This document shows positions 25,736 to 39,200 of a stretch of DNA of 64,000 nucleotides, in pieces. The translations under genes were made by a program, and so were the position numbers. Every line of letters begins with the position of its first letter. Positions within the stretch are counted from its first letter, which is position 1. The notes below the pieces were generated by a model. It made no database searches and had not been told where the DNA came from. It saw only the letters and a list, made by a program, of their open reading frames with translations. The stretch is from Mytilus trossulus (lineage: Eukaryota), in NCBI RefSeq assembly GCF_036588685.1, contig NC_086373.1, positions 90,706,001-90,770,000 on the forward strand, written 5' to 3'.

Positions 25736-28700
25736 ATGGACGAGAGACTTCCTCTCATAAAGAGGGATAATAGCTCTTTGCAGCAAAAGAAAATTTCACA
25801 TAAATCGGAATACACTAAAGCAAAATTATCGTTATTTGTGATGATTAATTATTTTGCTATAGAATTCGCTGGATTGACTCAACCTCAGTATATATATTCG
25901 TATCTAGAAAATGCACGCGAATCTAACAACACTTCTGTTGATATGCATAACAACATTTCTAGCAATCATCTAAACAATTGCTTTAACAAAAGTTCATCTT
26001 CTGCAGACGAGTCTCGAGAACAAGCCTCTTCCTGGACATGGTACATATCATTGGCGGAATATGGAGTTGCATTTCCGGTTTTATTCTATATTGGACCATT
26101 AACTGACAGGATCGGTCGAAAGCCACTTTTATTATATAATACAGTGATGGTTTTTATAGCGTTTGTTTTGAAGACTATAGTTGTGTATGGAAGGTTTCCT
26201 TTGCAGTATTACGTAGCTGCTAGTGCGATAGAGGGCCTTGCTGGTACCCCTTTTGCGTTCAATCTGATTAATCACGCAATCATTGCAGATACAACAACAC
26301 TGGGTAATGATCGACCTTTAATGATGATGGTATATGATGCTCTCCTAGGATTGGGAGCAATCTGTTCTAATATAGGAACTGGATACCTAATTCAATTGCT
26401 TGGATTTACATATCTGTACCTGGCTTCAAGTGGTTTGCTTTTAATTCTTCCTATTCTGATTTTGTTTACTTTAGAAGAGACATGGAAACCCCCGAAAGAA
26501 AAATCAAAAACATCCGTTTTCAAATTACCAATTAAGAATTTAACATTATGTTTTAAGAGACAACACGTAAGTAATAAGTTAGGATATTTTATCGCTAATC
26601 TATTTATATTACTTCTTGTTTTATTTCCGTATACCTCTATTTCTTCTATACTAACATTGTTCCTATTAGGAGAACCATTTTGCTGGACCTCAGAACATAT
26701 TGGTTGGTACAATGCAGGAGTAGATTTTGTGAAATATATTGGGGGAACCACAATGTTGAAGATTATGCACTCGTGTTGTGTTTGGTTAAAAGATGAAATC
26801 ATTATAGTTTTTGCCATGTTGTCCTCAATTGCCTATTTAATACTAATGGGATTTTCTAACAACGACTGGATGGTATATGGAGGTAAGTCTAAACTATTTC
26901 TTTAAACATTTCATGCATTTCCATTCCTAAATATGCTTTACCTACCATAGTCGCCGTCATGTAAAAATTGCACCGGTTTTTTTTGGAAGAACATTTTTAA
27001 ACTATTCGCGTTTTACACTAAGCAGTCCATATCCTCCCCCCTCCCACCAAAAAAAAAAAAAAAAAAAGAGTAAATATAAATAAACCACTACCATCTTACC
27101 TTTTAAAATGATTGCACTGTATGATCCTAACTTAGGTGTGTAATTCATATTTGTATTTTATGAGTTGCAATTTACCACATCTTCTTTTTTTATATTTACC
27201 CTTGAATTAATATTTCATGCCATCACCATTACAGCTGGGTCTGCTGCGATATTTCGAGTTTTGAGCATTCCATTACTTAAAGCGACACTCTCACGGAAGG
27301 TTAATCCAACCAAACAGGGTAAGTTTAGTAGATTATTATTTTTATCTATCATATTGAGTGGGTCTCTAAATAACCAACTTTAAAGTATAATATACTTAAA
27401 AAGTTTTTTTTAAATACTGAACTCCAAGGAAAATTCAAAACAGAAAGTATAAAATCAAATGGCAAAATCAAAGCTCAAACAACTCACACGAATGAATAAC
27501 AGCTGTCATATTACTGACTTGGTACAGGCATTTTCTTATGTACAAAATGGTGGCTTAAACCTGGTCTTATACAATGTTGAAATGTCCGTTCCTTATTGAA
27601 TTTATAAAGTACCTCTACAGTATAAAACAAAAATAGAGCGTTAAATTTCATATAAAAAAGAAGATGGGATATGATTGCCAATGAGACAACTATCCTCAAA
27701 AGACCAAAATGACACAAACATTAACAACTATAGGTCACCATACGGCCTTCAACAATAAGCAATGCCCATACCGCATAGTCAGCTATAAAAGGCCCCGATA
27801 AGACAATGTAAAACAATTCATACGAGAAAACTTACGGCCTTATTTATGTAAAATATAGTTGTTAATGTTTGTGTCATTTTGGTCTTTTGAGGATAGGTGT
27901 CTCATTGGCAATCATATCCCATCTTCTTTTATGTAAAACAATTCATACGAGAAAACGTACGGCCTGATTTATGTAAAAAAAATAAACGAAAAACAAATAT
28001 GTAGCACATAAACAAACGACAACCAATGAAAAACAGGCTCCTATACTTTTTGAGTTGGTTCAACTATTTCTTATAAAAACACCTGTTTTCTAACCTATAT
28101 AAAATAGTGATTGAGAGCAAAGAACTTACACTTTTTAGATTGTTTTTTTTTTTAATTTCACCTTGTCAACAATATTCTGCATAGCAATATGTAGTTTAAA
28201 ACTATTATTTTCTTGAAATATTATATTAAATATAGTATTAAAAGAATTTCATACTTAATGTTAAAAGTAGTTTTTCTTTAAACGAAAACTTAGAATAATG
28301 GAAAATTCTAACGCATTTGTTTTTCTGCTTTCCAAGATTGACCATATACTTTATATTGACTAAAGAAATGTATTTCAAATCTTTTAAATAAAAGTAACAT
28401 ATATTCGGAATTAGAACTACACCAAAATTGCTATGAGCAATGCACTCAAATCCCTCTTCCTTCATCGGGGTCTGAACCAATGCATCTCAGACATAGTTGC
28501 AACATCGCCTGTATATATTATGCGTCCTCTGTCTTTGACAACTCGACTCTTATCAATTCTTGTGAAAATTAAATCAGATATCAATAAAATTGCACGTAAA
28601 AAAGGTATATATGAAATATTGTGGGTATTTGAGTGAATTTGACTACTAAGTAACTGAATATATGTTGTGTGCAAGATGTAATGTTGTACAAATTATAATT

Positions 28701-31700
28701 TGTACAGAATTTTGAACAAGTTATCAGTGTTTTATGAACCGCTTACCACACACGGATGATGCAAGCAAAGTCTTTTGTTTCGCATATTTCTGTTATATTT
28801 TCACAACTATATGATACAGTCTAATACTGGGCACTGATACAAAAGCATAATAAGAACACAAAAAGACTTTTTATGGATATGCTTTTGGAATAAGAAGAAA
28901 AATAAAATTAGAATTCAAACCATTCAGTGCGTGTCATCTTTTCCGGTTTTGAGGACAAAGAGAATAGCACTTACTGTTAGGTTGAAGTATATAAACTTGA
29001 ATTTAAGACATTAAACTCGTATTGTTATCTTAGAAATTCTCAATGATTAAAATACTATAATAGGGAACAATTTGACAATGATTAAATTTAGTAGTGTCAA
29101 CCCTGTGATCATGACCCGTGTATATAGCAAAATCCTAAATACACCGTTTGGTGGTGCACCTGTCAGATGCGGAACGCACAGATAAGATAATAGGTTACAG
29201 GTGAATATACTATTGGTATCGGTATCGGAATCGACCCGGAAATTGTTAATTATTGGCAATATTAAATAATGTGGAAAACAAAAGGGTCTGAAGTGGTGTA
29301 ATCCTATATTAGCTATATATAAAGTTGAATTCGTTGATTTTTCGATTTGTCGTTTTTACCTGATGATATAGATTCTCTAAAGTGCGATGGTACTTTAAAG
29401 TGCGATGGTGACGCTAAAGTACGATGGTTTACGCTATAAAGTACGATGGTGTATCACGCTAAGGTACGATGGTTGTCTGTTTGCTAAGTACGATGGTATA
29501 GCACGCTAAAGTGCGATGGAACAAAAGAGAAAGCTTCAAGGGCACTATGTTAAAAACAAGTCTTTTTTTGCAAAATCTAGTTTGCTATGATATAACATGC
29601 GATAGGCTTTTACTTTACAAGTAGTCTTATGAGACTGTTTCTTAATTGAGAAGACTGACCTATAGTAATAATGGCTGAAAAGGTAATTTAGGTGTCACAA
29701 AATACTATATTTTCATTAAATGAATTTTGAACAATTCGAGCGTATTGGATTGATTGTTGGTTGCTTAACGTCCAGTGGCAAATATTTCATGCATGTTCAG
29801 GAGCAGGGCGTATTGGTGTTGTAGCTTGCCGCTTACACAGCCTATTAATGTAAACACATCCCCTTAAAGTTGTCAGTTGCAAGTACAAAATTCGGTCATT
29901 TTCGGAATGAATAAAATTTATTTGTACAAGCTTTAATTTATATAATTTAATTTAATAATATGTGACAGAAAGGTTTTTTTTGTTCCATCTTTCCCCTTTT
30001 TCTTTGCGAGTGTAAATGCATGTTATATTTTACTACAATGGTCACATTGATGTTGTAATGGACAAATTATGATTTACGCTTGAAAACGAGTACCTTTATT
30101 TTACCGAAGTTTAGCTCTTCAATAAAGGCAGATTCCAAAAAGAAATGAAACAAAAAGAACAAATTAAGAATAATAATACTAACTGTTATTTGAATGATAA
30201 TGTGTGAATGTCTTATTAAATAAGAATGTTATATAAAGCAAGAAAACCAATTATTGGATATGATTGTTTCCATTAAAAGTAGAAATGATCAAAACAAGAT
30301 GAAAAATGTGAACTGTTTGACGGAAATAACTTCCCATTTTTTGACACAAGGTTCATGTTTTACGATGCTTTAAGTTGACACTGGTATAATGGTTTTTATT
30401 AGTGTAGTTTGATTATTCAAACATCCCTGTTTCCAAATCTTTTGCTTTTCTTTTGTTAAAAACATCTGTGATATTTTTTTTTCAATTTCAAATACCTTAC
30501 TTATTAGATGCTCGTCTGTCAATAAATTTTATGATAGCAACAGGTTCATAAAATCTTGCCACATCATTGTAGGTACTTATATAAGCCTGTTAAAATTGTA
30601 TTTCATAATGTACATTAAACATACACATTTTGGATCTTACAATTTACTTTATTTAATTAATAGTTTTATCAATTCTGTTGCTAACATATTTTCTGTCAAA
30701 CTTGTCATTTTATGTTAGCAACATTTGGATGTGCTACAAATTACAGTTATCTGTCCTGGGTCGAAATCTTTTTAAATTTCAGGCAGTGGTATTTTGCAGG
30801 AGTTTTTTAATATGACTTTCAACTAGGATAAGATCTCCAATGTTGGTTAAAAATCTCAAATATATATTGTCTGTCAAATTTATTTATGTTAGCACAATCT
30901 TATGTTAGCAACAAGTCCGTCAATATATTATGTTAGCAACAAGTCCGTCAATATATTATGTTAGCAACACTTTTTAGTCCGTCAAATTTTATGTTAGCAA
31001 CAATAATGTCCGTCAAATCTTATGTTAGCAACAAAAAAGTCCGTCAATATTATGTTAGCAACAAAAAAAGTCTGTCAAATGTTATGTTAGCAACAAAAAA
31101 GTCCGTCAATTTTTATGTTAGCAACAAAAAATTCCGTCAATTTTTATTTTAGCAACAACTTAATTTCTGTCAAATTTTATGTTAGCAGCATTGTTCATGT
31201 CTGTCAAATCTTATGTTAGCAACTCAAAGATAATCCTCTTTTTTTTTTTTTTTAAAGTTATTACAATTCCTTTTTTATTGGTGCAGATGTTCAGAAAAGT
31301 TTTATTCCAATTTGCCTTTCATATTAAATCAAGATATACATCCAAACCTTGATAATACTGAAAATATCAGGATTGTTTGTGTTGCTTACATAACAATTTT
31401 CCGTCAAAATGTCTGTCAATTTTGGTTATGATAGCAACATTTTTTAAGGTGTTCTTTATTTAAAAAATATAATGTGAATAGATCTATTTTTTGTCAAAAA
31501 GTGTTTACTTATATAAGTATAACATGTATTCCAAAACTGAACTTTATTGAAGTTGATTTTGTTAAAAATAATTTTGGGAACTTTTCAACTTTCTTATTTG
31601 GAATCTGCCTAAAATCAACAATATTTTCACGTAAACATTTTAAATATGCATCTTTCCGCTTCCATTATTTATTTCATCTTCATTTTTGGTTTGTATAAAC

Positions 31701-31848
31701 GACGTCATAATCCAACTATGTTTCGTATATCTTTACTTTCGCGGACCATCGCACTTTAGCGTATGGAGGCATCGGACTTTAGCGTAGACCATCGCACTTT
31801 AGCATGACCATCGTACTTTAGCGTCCCCATCGCACTTTAGAGTCCTAC

Positions 31849-31880
<32 letters not shown>

Positions 31881-32635
31881 CTTCATGTATTTAATATTTC
31901 TCATTGTTTTATTAAAGGGGTGATGTTTTCCAATGTGTATTTGTTTGAAGTATTGAGCGTATTATCAGGAACAACTGTGTTTAATAATATATATAGACAA
32001 ACTTTGAACATATACAGAGGATTCATATTTTTTGTAATGGCCGGCTTTCCTGTTTGCGGTCTTATATTAATGGGGTAATTATAAAATAATCATTTTAATA
32101 ATCATAACATTGTTACGTTAATAAAAGTGTGTTTTACACAGTAAAAATCAAGACTTTTATAGTTTATGGCGCTGTAACTTTGAATTTTGTATATTTAGTT
32201 TGAAGATTAAACGTTAATAAGGTTTTATATAAATGCACGTTATAATTTCCAGAAAAGAAACAAATATATCTTTGAGCTTTTGTCGATAGAACAATTATAG
32301 GTCAGAGTACAGCCTACAAGACTGAACCTTGGCTCAAACCGAAAAAAAAGCTATAAATGACCCTTAAAGAGACTAGCCTAAACAATTCAAACAGGGAAAG
32401 ACATCTATGTCGTAATTATTTTACTGTTGAACCTTTTTATGTTCTGAAAATATTAAAATATTAATATTGGACGTTGAAAAACAATGATTAATTTATTTCA
32501 TGTCTGTATTATTGTAGATTTGTTTCTTGTTTCGATTCAACAACAATACAGAAAGAACTAGTGATTGAAAAGGTTGATATTCAGGTTCCATCCAGTGAAA
32601 ACGATGTAAAGGCTGTTCAAATTACTCAGATATAA
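25736..32635 (+). CDS. SLC46-family MFS transporter, paralogue 5 (~501 aa); exons 25736-26882, 27235-27318, 31918-32074, 32518-32635
   Basis: GPLTDRIGRKP and EPFCWTSEHIGWY motifs; exon 3 GVMFSNVYLFE..FNNIY..RGFIFFVMAG is in frame; TAA at 32633-32635. Confidence 0.9.
29369..31848. mobile_element. ~2.5-kb non-autonomous TIR element with arrayed subterminal repeats, in intron 2 of paralogue 5
   Basis: Seven copies of ctaaagt(g/a)cgatgg at 29377-29519 and five inverted copies at 31746-31840. The termini share ctctaaagtgcgatgg. The right end abuts a (TA)n run. No coding capacity seen. Confidence 0.75.
30880..31225. repeat. ~30-bp minisatellite (ttatgttagcaacaaaaaagtccgtcaaat) inside the TIR element
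   Basis: About 10 tandem copies, with scattered single copies nearby in both orientations. Confidence 0.88.
31849..31875. repeat. (AT)n microsatellite
   Basis: Directly visible, about 40 nt upstream of the exon 3 acceptor of paralogue 5. Confidence 0.9.
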
Positions 32636-35600
32636 TAGTTGTACATAGATATTTGAACATAAAAAAATATTAATTTCAAGTGATTTGATATAGGGTTTCA
32701 AAAATATAGAAAATGAAGAATATAACATTCAAAATGTTGTTCTTTAAATGGTGTTCCATCACGATGAAGCATGCATCCGAGTTTCGTATAATGCAATGGA
32801 GTTTTAACAAAGTTATCATTGTCTAAAAAAATCTTAAAGACAAAAAATGACATTTTATGTTTTGCTTTCGTGTTTGTCGTCGCAAGCTTGACAAAAATAA
32901 ATTAACAATTAAAAAAACGATATACTAACACATATTTCAAAATGTGTAGAATCTCAAAAAATGCACGAAGCTTGCGGAACAGGATCTGCTTACCCTTCCG
33001 GAACACATGAAATCATCCCCTGTTTTTGGTGGGGTTCGTGTTGCTTAGTCTTTAGTTTTCAATGTTGTGTCTTTTGAACTATAAATTGTCTGTTTCTCTT
33101 TTTACGTTTTAGCCACGGCTAATTTTGATCTATGAGTTTGACTGTCCTTCTGGTATCTCTTGTGGTAAGACCATTATATTATTATTCGACTACTGGTGAA
33201 CTTTCATATTGGTTTTCCCGAATTTACAAAATATTGTTATACAGCAGATATCACATCGGTCTAGCTTAATATCTCATTTAAGTGTTAGGAACGAAAATAT
33301 GGTTATTTTATGTTACATTACATATGCAGCTAAAGATACCATCACACAAAATTCAGGGGGAAATGCGGTCACAACACTGACAAATTGCATCGTAAACTGG
33401 TGGTAAAGGGGGTAATTTAAATCTATAAAATGGCCTGATTTAAAATTAAAATAATGCTCTATGAAGATAAACATTATTTTATCGTGTGTTTTTCTATGTT
33501 GTGATGTTATACTATATATTGTCTCAGTAAAAGGGAGAAGGTTTGGTACCATTAATACGTATAATCCCGCTGCAAATGTTTGCACCTGTCCTAGGTCAGG
33601 AATCTGATGTACAGTAGTTGTCGTTTGTTTATGTAGTTAATACATGTTTCTCGTTTTTTATATAGATTATACCGTTGGTTTTCCCGTTTGAATGGTTTAC
33701 ACTTGTAATTTTGGGGCCCTTTATAGCTTGTTGTTCGATGTGAGCTAATGCTCCGGGTTGAAGGCCGTACCTTGATATATAATGGTTTACTTTTATAAAT
33801 TGTTATTTGGATGGAGAGTTGTCTCATTAATGGCACTCATACCACATCTTCCTCTGCCTATTAACATCAGGACAGCAACAATTAATTCATTTTAACTGAA
33901 AATAATATATTTATTCATGTGCAGAAAACAATGTTATACGTTACATAATGCTAAGTCATGTGAGTTCTCTTTAGATATGAAATTCGGTCAGTTCAGTAGG
34001 TCATTTATTTTAAGCTTTATTTAATATTTATTATATATATATTTAAAAATCCATAGCATTGTCATTGTACAATCGTCATTTGGACTCTTGATGGATTAAA
34101 GTCACCTGATTTACATCCATGCTGGTTTTTATTTAATTAGAATGTCGACATTCTCATGGGACTATATATACTGCGCACCTCTTTTGCTGGCATGTTTATA
34201 TCTATTTTAATTGATATAACACAAAACGAAAGCAAAATAGATAGTTAATATCTGAATTCGGTGTTTAAAAAATATAAAAACACACATATACAGCGCTTTC
34301 AAAAGAATGAATTTTACTGGGCACACCAAAAGGAACTGTTGTATGTCTTATGGACTGGTGGAGAGTTGTTTCATTAGCATTCATACCAGATCTTCTTATT
34401 TTGATATGTTCGAACAAAATTTAGATTACTCCTAGTTAGAAATGGTATATTAGACTAAGTATAGAAATATTCAAAGGATCAACAAATATAGGTTTTGATT
34501 CTGAACAAAGTAGTATTGGGTTTACGAAGGGTAAAAAATAAGCAAAAGATTTGCATAATTAATAACTTATATTTAAAAAAAAATGACGCATCACATTTTA
34601 GATTATACATTAGGTGTGTTGTAAGTTTTTATCTAATTTTTACCGGAATGCAAAACAGTTTCAGGGAAACTTTAACCGCAACCTCTAACCTAGAAAATTG
34701 TTAGGTTTATAGGGGTTTGATATAAAGTTTGAATCTTTGAGTGAGTGATAGAAAATTTCGGATCATAAGTTGCAGCCATCTTTATTTCTCGAAGATTTTT
34801 ACATGCTGATGTAACAGATTTAAATAACACAAAATCCGTATTTTAATGCCAGTACCGAAGCTAATAGGATGGTGATTCCCTCGGGAACTATGAGTCCACC
34901 AGCAGAGGCATCGTCCCAGTGGTACTAATAACATGAACGTAACATTTATCATAATTAAAATTCCAGGCCATGAGTGGTAAAAGTTAAACCGTGTTCTTTG
35001 ACAAACATTAACTTTCATCAAAATATTAATTATAATTTAAAACGCAATCGCATTTTTTATTGCCTGTTCAAAATCTTTGTCTTCTATGATAAAATTAAAG
35101 GTACCAATTTTCTTGCACCAGATGCGCATTTCGACCGGAAACTGCCCGATTTAACATGATGAATATTGTTGATTGATTAGTTTGAGGTGTTGGTCACTTT
35201 AGACTTGAATTTCTAAAGGGACTTTGATGTGGTGGTACCCTGAAGCAGTTTGTTAATATTATCTTCATTCATGCTGTTGAAGGACCATTGCCTGTAATAG
35301 GTTTAATGCTGAAATGTAGGTAACGTGGTTGTATCTTTCTATGATTTTAAAAAGCCCATGATACCCTTTATAAGACGTGTTTTGCGGAAAGTCGTCATAA
35401 CGAAATCGATTTCTGCACTCTCTTATTTTTCTTTTGATCTGCTTATAACTCATATCTGTCAATATCATCTCCTATTTTTGTCTAAGGAACGACTCGTATT
35501 GCATCGCATAAAATTTGATCTGAGCATCACTGATGATCTTATGTGGACGAAACGCGTAGCTATTGAAACTTGTTTCAAGATCAATGTGACTGTTCCGAAT

Positions 35601-36297
35601 CATAAGCATATGGAGTGGTTTATGCTGTTTAGTCATGAATATAATGAAAAGCAGTAACGTAGACAAAGATCTGTTTCTAAGATCACCAATACAATGCTTT
35701 TAATAGAAAAAAGGGTATTTGAATTCTATAAAGCTTAATTATTAAGGACGTTTTGTGCAATTATCACAAAAACTTCCCGTTCATTTTCATTGTTAATTTC
35801 CTGTTCATTTTCATTTTAGTATCATGTCAGCGGTCATCTTTTTCCCTCGAGGGACATTATGTGTTACAAGTAAATGGTATGCGAATGTCTGATTCATCGT
35901 TAGAAATCTATAACAAATATAAAACAAATGTTCTACATGTAGTATTTAATAAGGATATGTACATGTAATTATAAGTCTACACACTTATTCATGGCTCCGT
36001 TCACAACTATCTTTAACATTCCAGGTGTAACATCCATATTGATTTTTTGGTGAACGCATCATTTGCTTTTAAATACGGATCATATAACAAGTTCAAAATG
36101 TAGGACATTTAATTCCATAGATGTTCGAAAATGTGACCTATGCATTGGCCAGTTCTGTCAATTATTTAATATAGGATTTTAAATATATTCGATACAGGTA
36201 AACATTCATTGACCGGCCATATGTGTATAATCTACCTTTTAAAAGTGAGAGTTCTATAATAATAATATAATAATAATACAAAAGAAAGCATTTCTCA

Positions 36298-39200
36298 ATG
36301 GACTTCCGGGGAAATGAGAACGAGCCTCTACTGAAAGTGCAACAGATCCCGCAACAACAGAGACCGACATGGATAAGCACACGTGTGAAAGTAATGATAT
36401 ATGCGTTGATCAATACAATTGCTTTACTAATTGCAGGTTCAGCACAAACACAATATATATATGCATATGTAAAACAACATGACGCTACAAAAAACTCGAC
36501 AACGAATTCAAATAATAGTGTTTCAAAAAATGATTCGAAGACATGTGGCGTAAATGGTACTTCCGACGATAGGATACAAGCGATATCGGCCGACTGGTCA
36601 TGGTATATTACTCTAGCCGAGTACGGAATCGCTATTCCATTTATTATTTTCATTGGACCTATGGTAGATAGAATTGGTCGTAAACCAGTTTTACTCTGGA
36701 ATTTATCATTAATGACTTTGTCATTTGCAGTTAAAACACTCACAATTTATTTTAAATTGAACTTGTATTACTTTTTAGTCGGATTCGCAATTGAAGGACT
36801 TTCTGGGACATTTTCAACATTCAGTATAGCAAGTTGTGCACTGCTTGCGGATACAACATCAAAAGGAAAAGACAGAACTATTGTCATGGTGATATATGAT
36901 GCGGTAATAGGATTGGGAGCCTTCATTTCTTTTATAGGGACAGGATATTTAATAGAGTTCACAGGTTTTATTTATCCTTTTGCTATTTCAGGTGGAATAT
37001 TTTTCTTCTTTACTATTTTAGTAGCAATTACTTTAGACGATTCTCTAGTACATCGTGAAACGACAAGTCGAATACAAGTGTCGGTGTTTTTAGGACAAAT
37101 ATTTTCCTTGTGTACAAAAGTAGAAAACATAAGCCGTGGTGTTAGCTATATTTTAATTTATTTATTAATATTCTTTATTTATAATATGCCATCCTCGGGA
37201 TCTATAACAACTATATTTACTTTGAGTTCACCATTTTGTTGGTCTTCGGAACACATCGGGTGGTTTAGTGCTGTTAGTTCTATTGTAGTGTTTGTAGGTG
37301 GAACCGCTATTCTCAAAATTTTGCAGACATGTTTTAAAAATATTAGAGACGAACTGGTTGTAATATTTGGTTTACTATCCTCTGTGGCAAGTTACATTAT
37401 ATTCGGATTGTCAACGACTGATCATATGATATATGAATGTAAGTTATATGCTATATAAGGCGTTAGTGAATAAGATGTCAATATAATTGGCGATAGTCCA
37501 CCAAACAACCAACATAGTTTTACGGTACGGTATAGAGCTATTGTAATGAAATGTAGTTTGAGGGAAATTAGCTAGTGGGAAGTAATTGCCTGCATTAAAA
37601 TGATAATGTAGCTGGGAAGTTGTTTTTTTATAAATCTTATTTTGACAAAAATAGAACCATACTGATCGTTATTATAGCAAATCATTATTCAGTATTTCAT
37701 TCTTGTAAACATTTAACGACTTAAAAATCCTCCTGAATTTTTTCAAATGATACTGTTCAAAACGTAGATATAAATGAGGCTTTTATTACCAAATAAGAAT
37801 GTGTGTTTAGTTATATATATAATTTTAGAAAATGAAATCAATTTTAGTACCCTAAAGACAATTTCACAGTGCTAACTACAATTTTAAATTGATAGTCTTG
37901 AAGAAACGAATAACATATCTTAAATAATGGCTTACAAGAGAAAACTAATTACCTTAATTACGAGTTTTAAAAGAGACACGAAGTCTTGACAATCTTTTAA
38001 CAATGCTATATCAACTCGTTTCTTATTTTCTACTTGTTTGTAGCTGCGGGAGTTGGTATCCTTAAGATTCTTCCAGTACCTTTGATCAAAGCCATTTTAT
38101 CCAGAGCTGTGCACCCAGATAAACAAGGTAACATAAAATAAAAGAACAAACTCGTTAAAGAACACCACATCTTCCTATATCTGTTGAAAATTTAACATAA
38201 AACAAACGACAGACAAATTTACATTTGATTATTTTAAAATAGATCATAAATATCGAATGTTACGCCAAAATATCCTAAGCTTATCATAGAGTTACATTTT
38301 TTTTTTATAATTAACTGTTTGAAGATGATATTAAAAATTAAAATCCCCAAAATACTAAACTTCGAAGAAAAGTCCGTAGTCAAGTGGCAAAATCAAAAGC
38401 TCAAACACATCAAAAGAACGGATAATTAATAACTGTAATATCCCTGACTCAAAACAGACATTTTCTCATGTAGAAAATGGTGGATTAAACCTGTTTCAAA
38501 TAAAGTACTAAGTATAAAGAAGCAAACACGGAGTGAAAATAATTGGTATCACATAAACCCCACAGAAGTCAATCTCGGTATGTCGGTAGACTTTACATCT
38601 CCTGTAGAACATTATTTCAAAAATAGGTCAATTTTACTATTGACGTTTACACTACCTAACCTTATCAAGGTTTTATTACTGCCAAACCACGATTTTACTA
38701 TAGACGTTTACACTACCTTACCTTATATATATATCAAGGTTTTATTACTGCCAAACCACGATTTTACTATAGACGTTTACACTACCTTACCTTATATATA
38801 TATCAAGGTTTTATTACTGCCAAACCACAATTTTACTATTGACGTTTACACTACCTTACCTAATCAAGGTTTTATTACTGCCAAACCACAAGTTTACTAT
38901 TGACGTTTACACTACCTTACCTAATCAAGGTTTTATTACTGCCAAACCACAATTTTACTATTGACGTTTACACTACCTTACCTAATCAAGGTTTTATTAC
39001 TGCCAAACCACAATTTTACTATTGACGTTTACACTACCTGACCTTATCAAGGTTTTATTACTGCCAAACCACAATTTTACTATTGACGTTTTCACTAACT
39101 TACCTTATCAAGGTTTTTACTACTGCCAAACCACAATTTTACTATTGACGTTTACACTACCTTGCCTTATCAAGGTTTTATTACTACCAAACCACAATTT

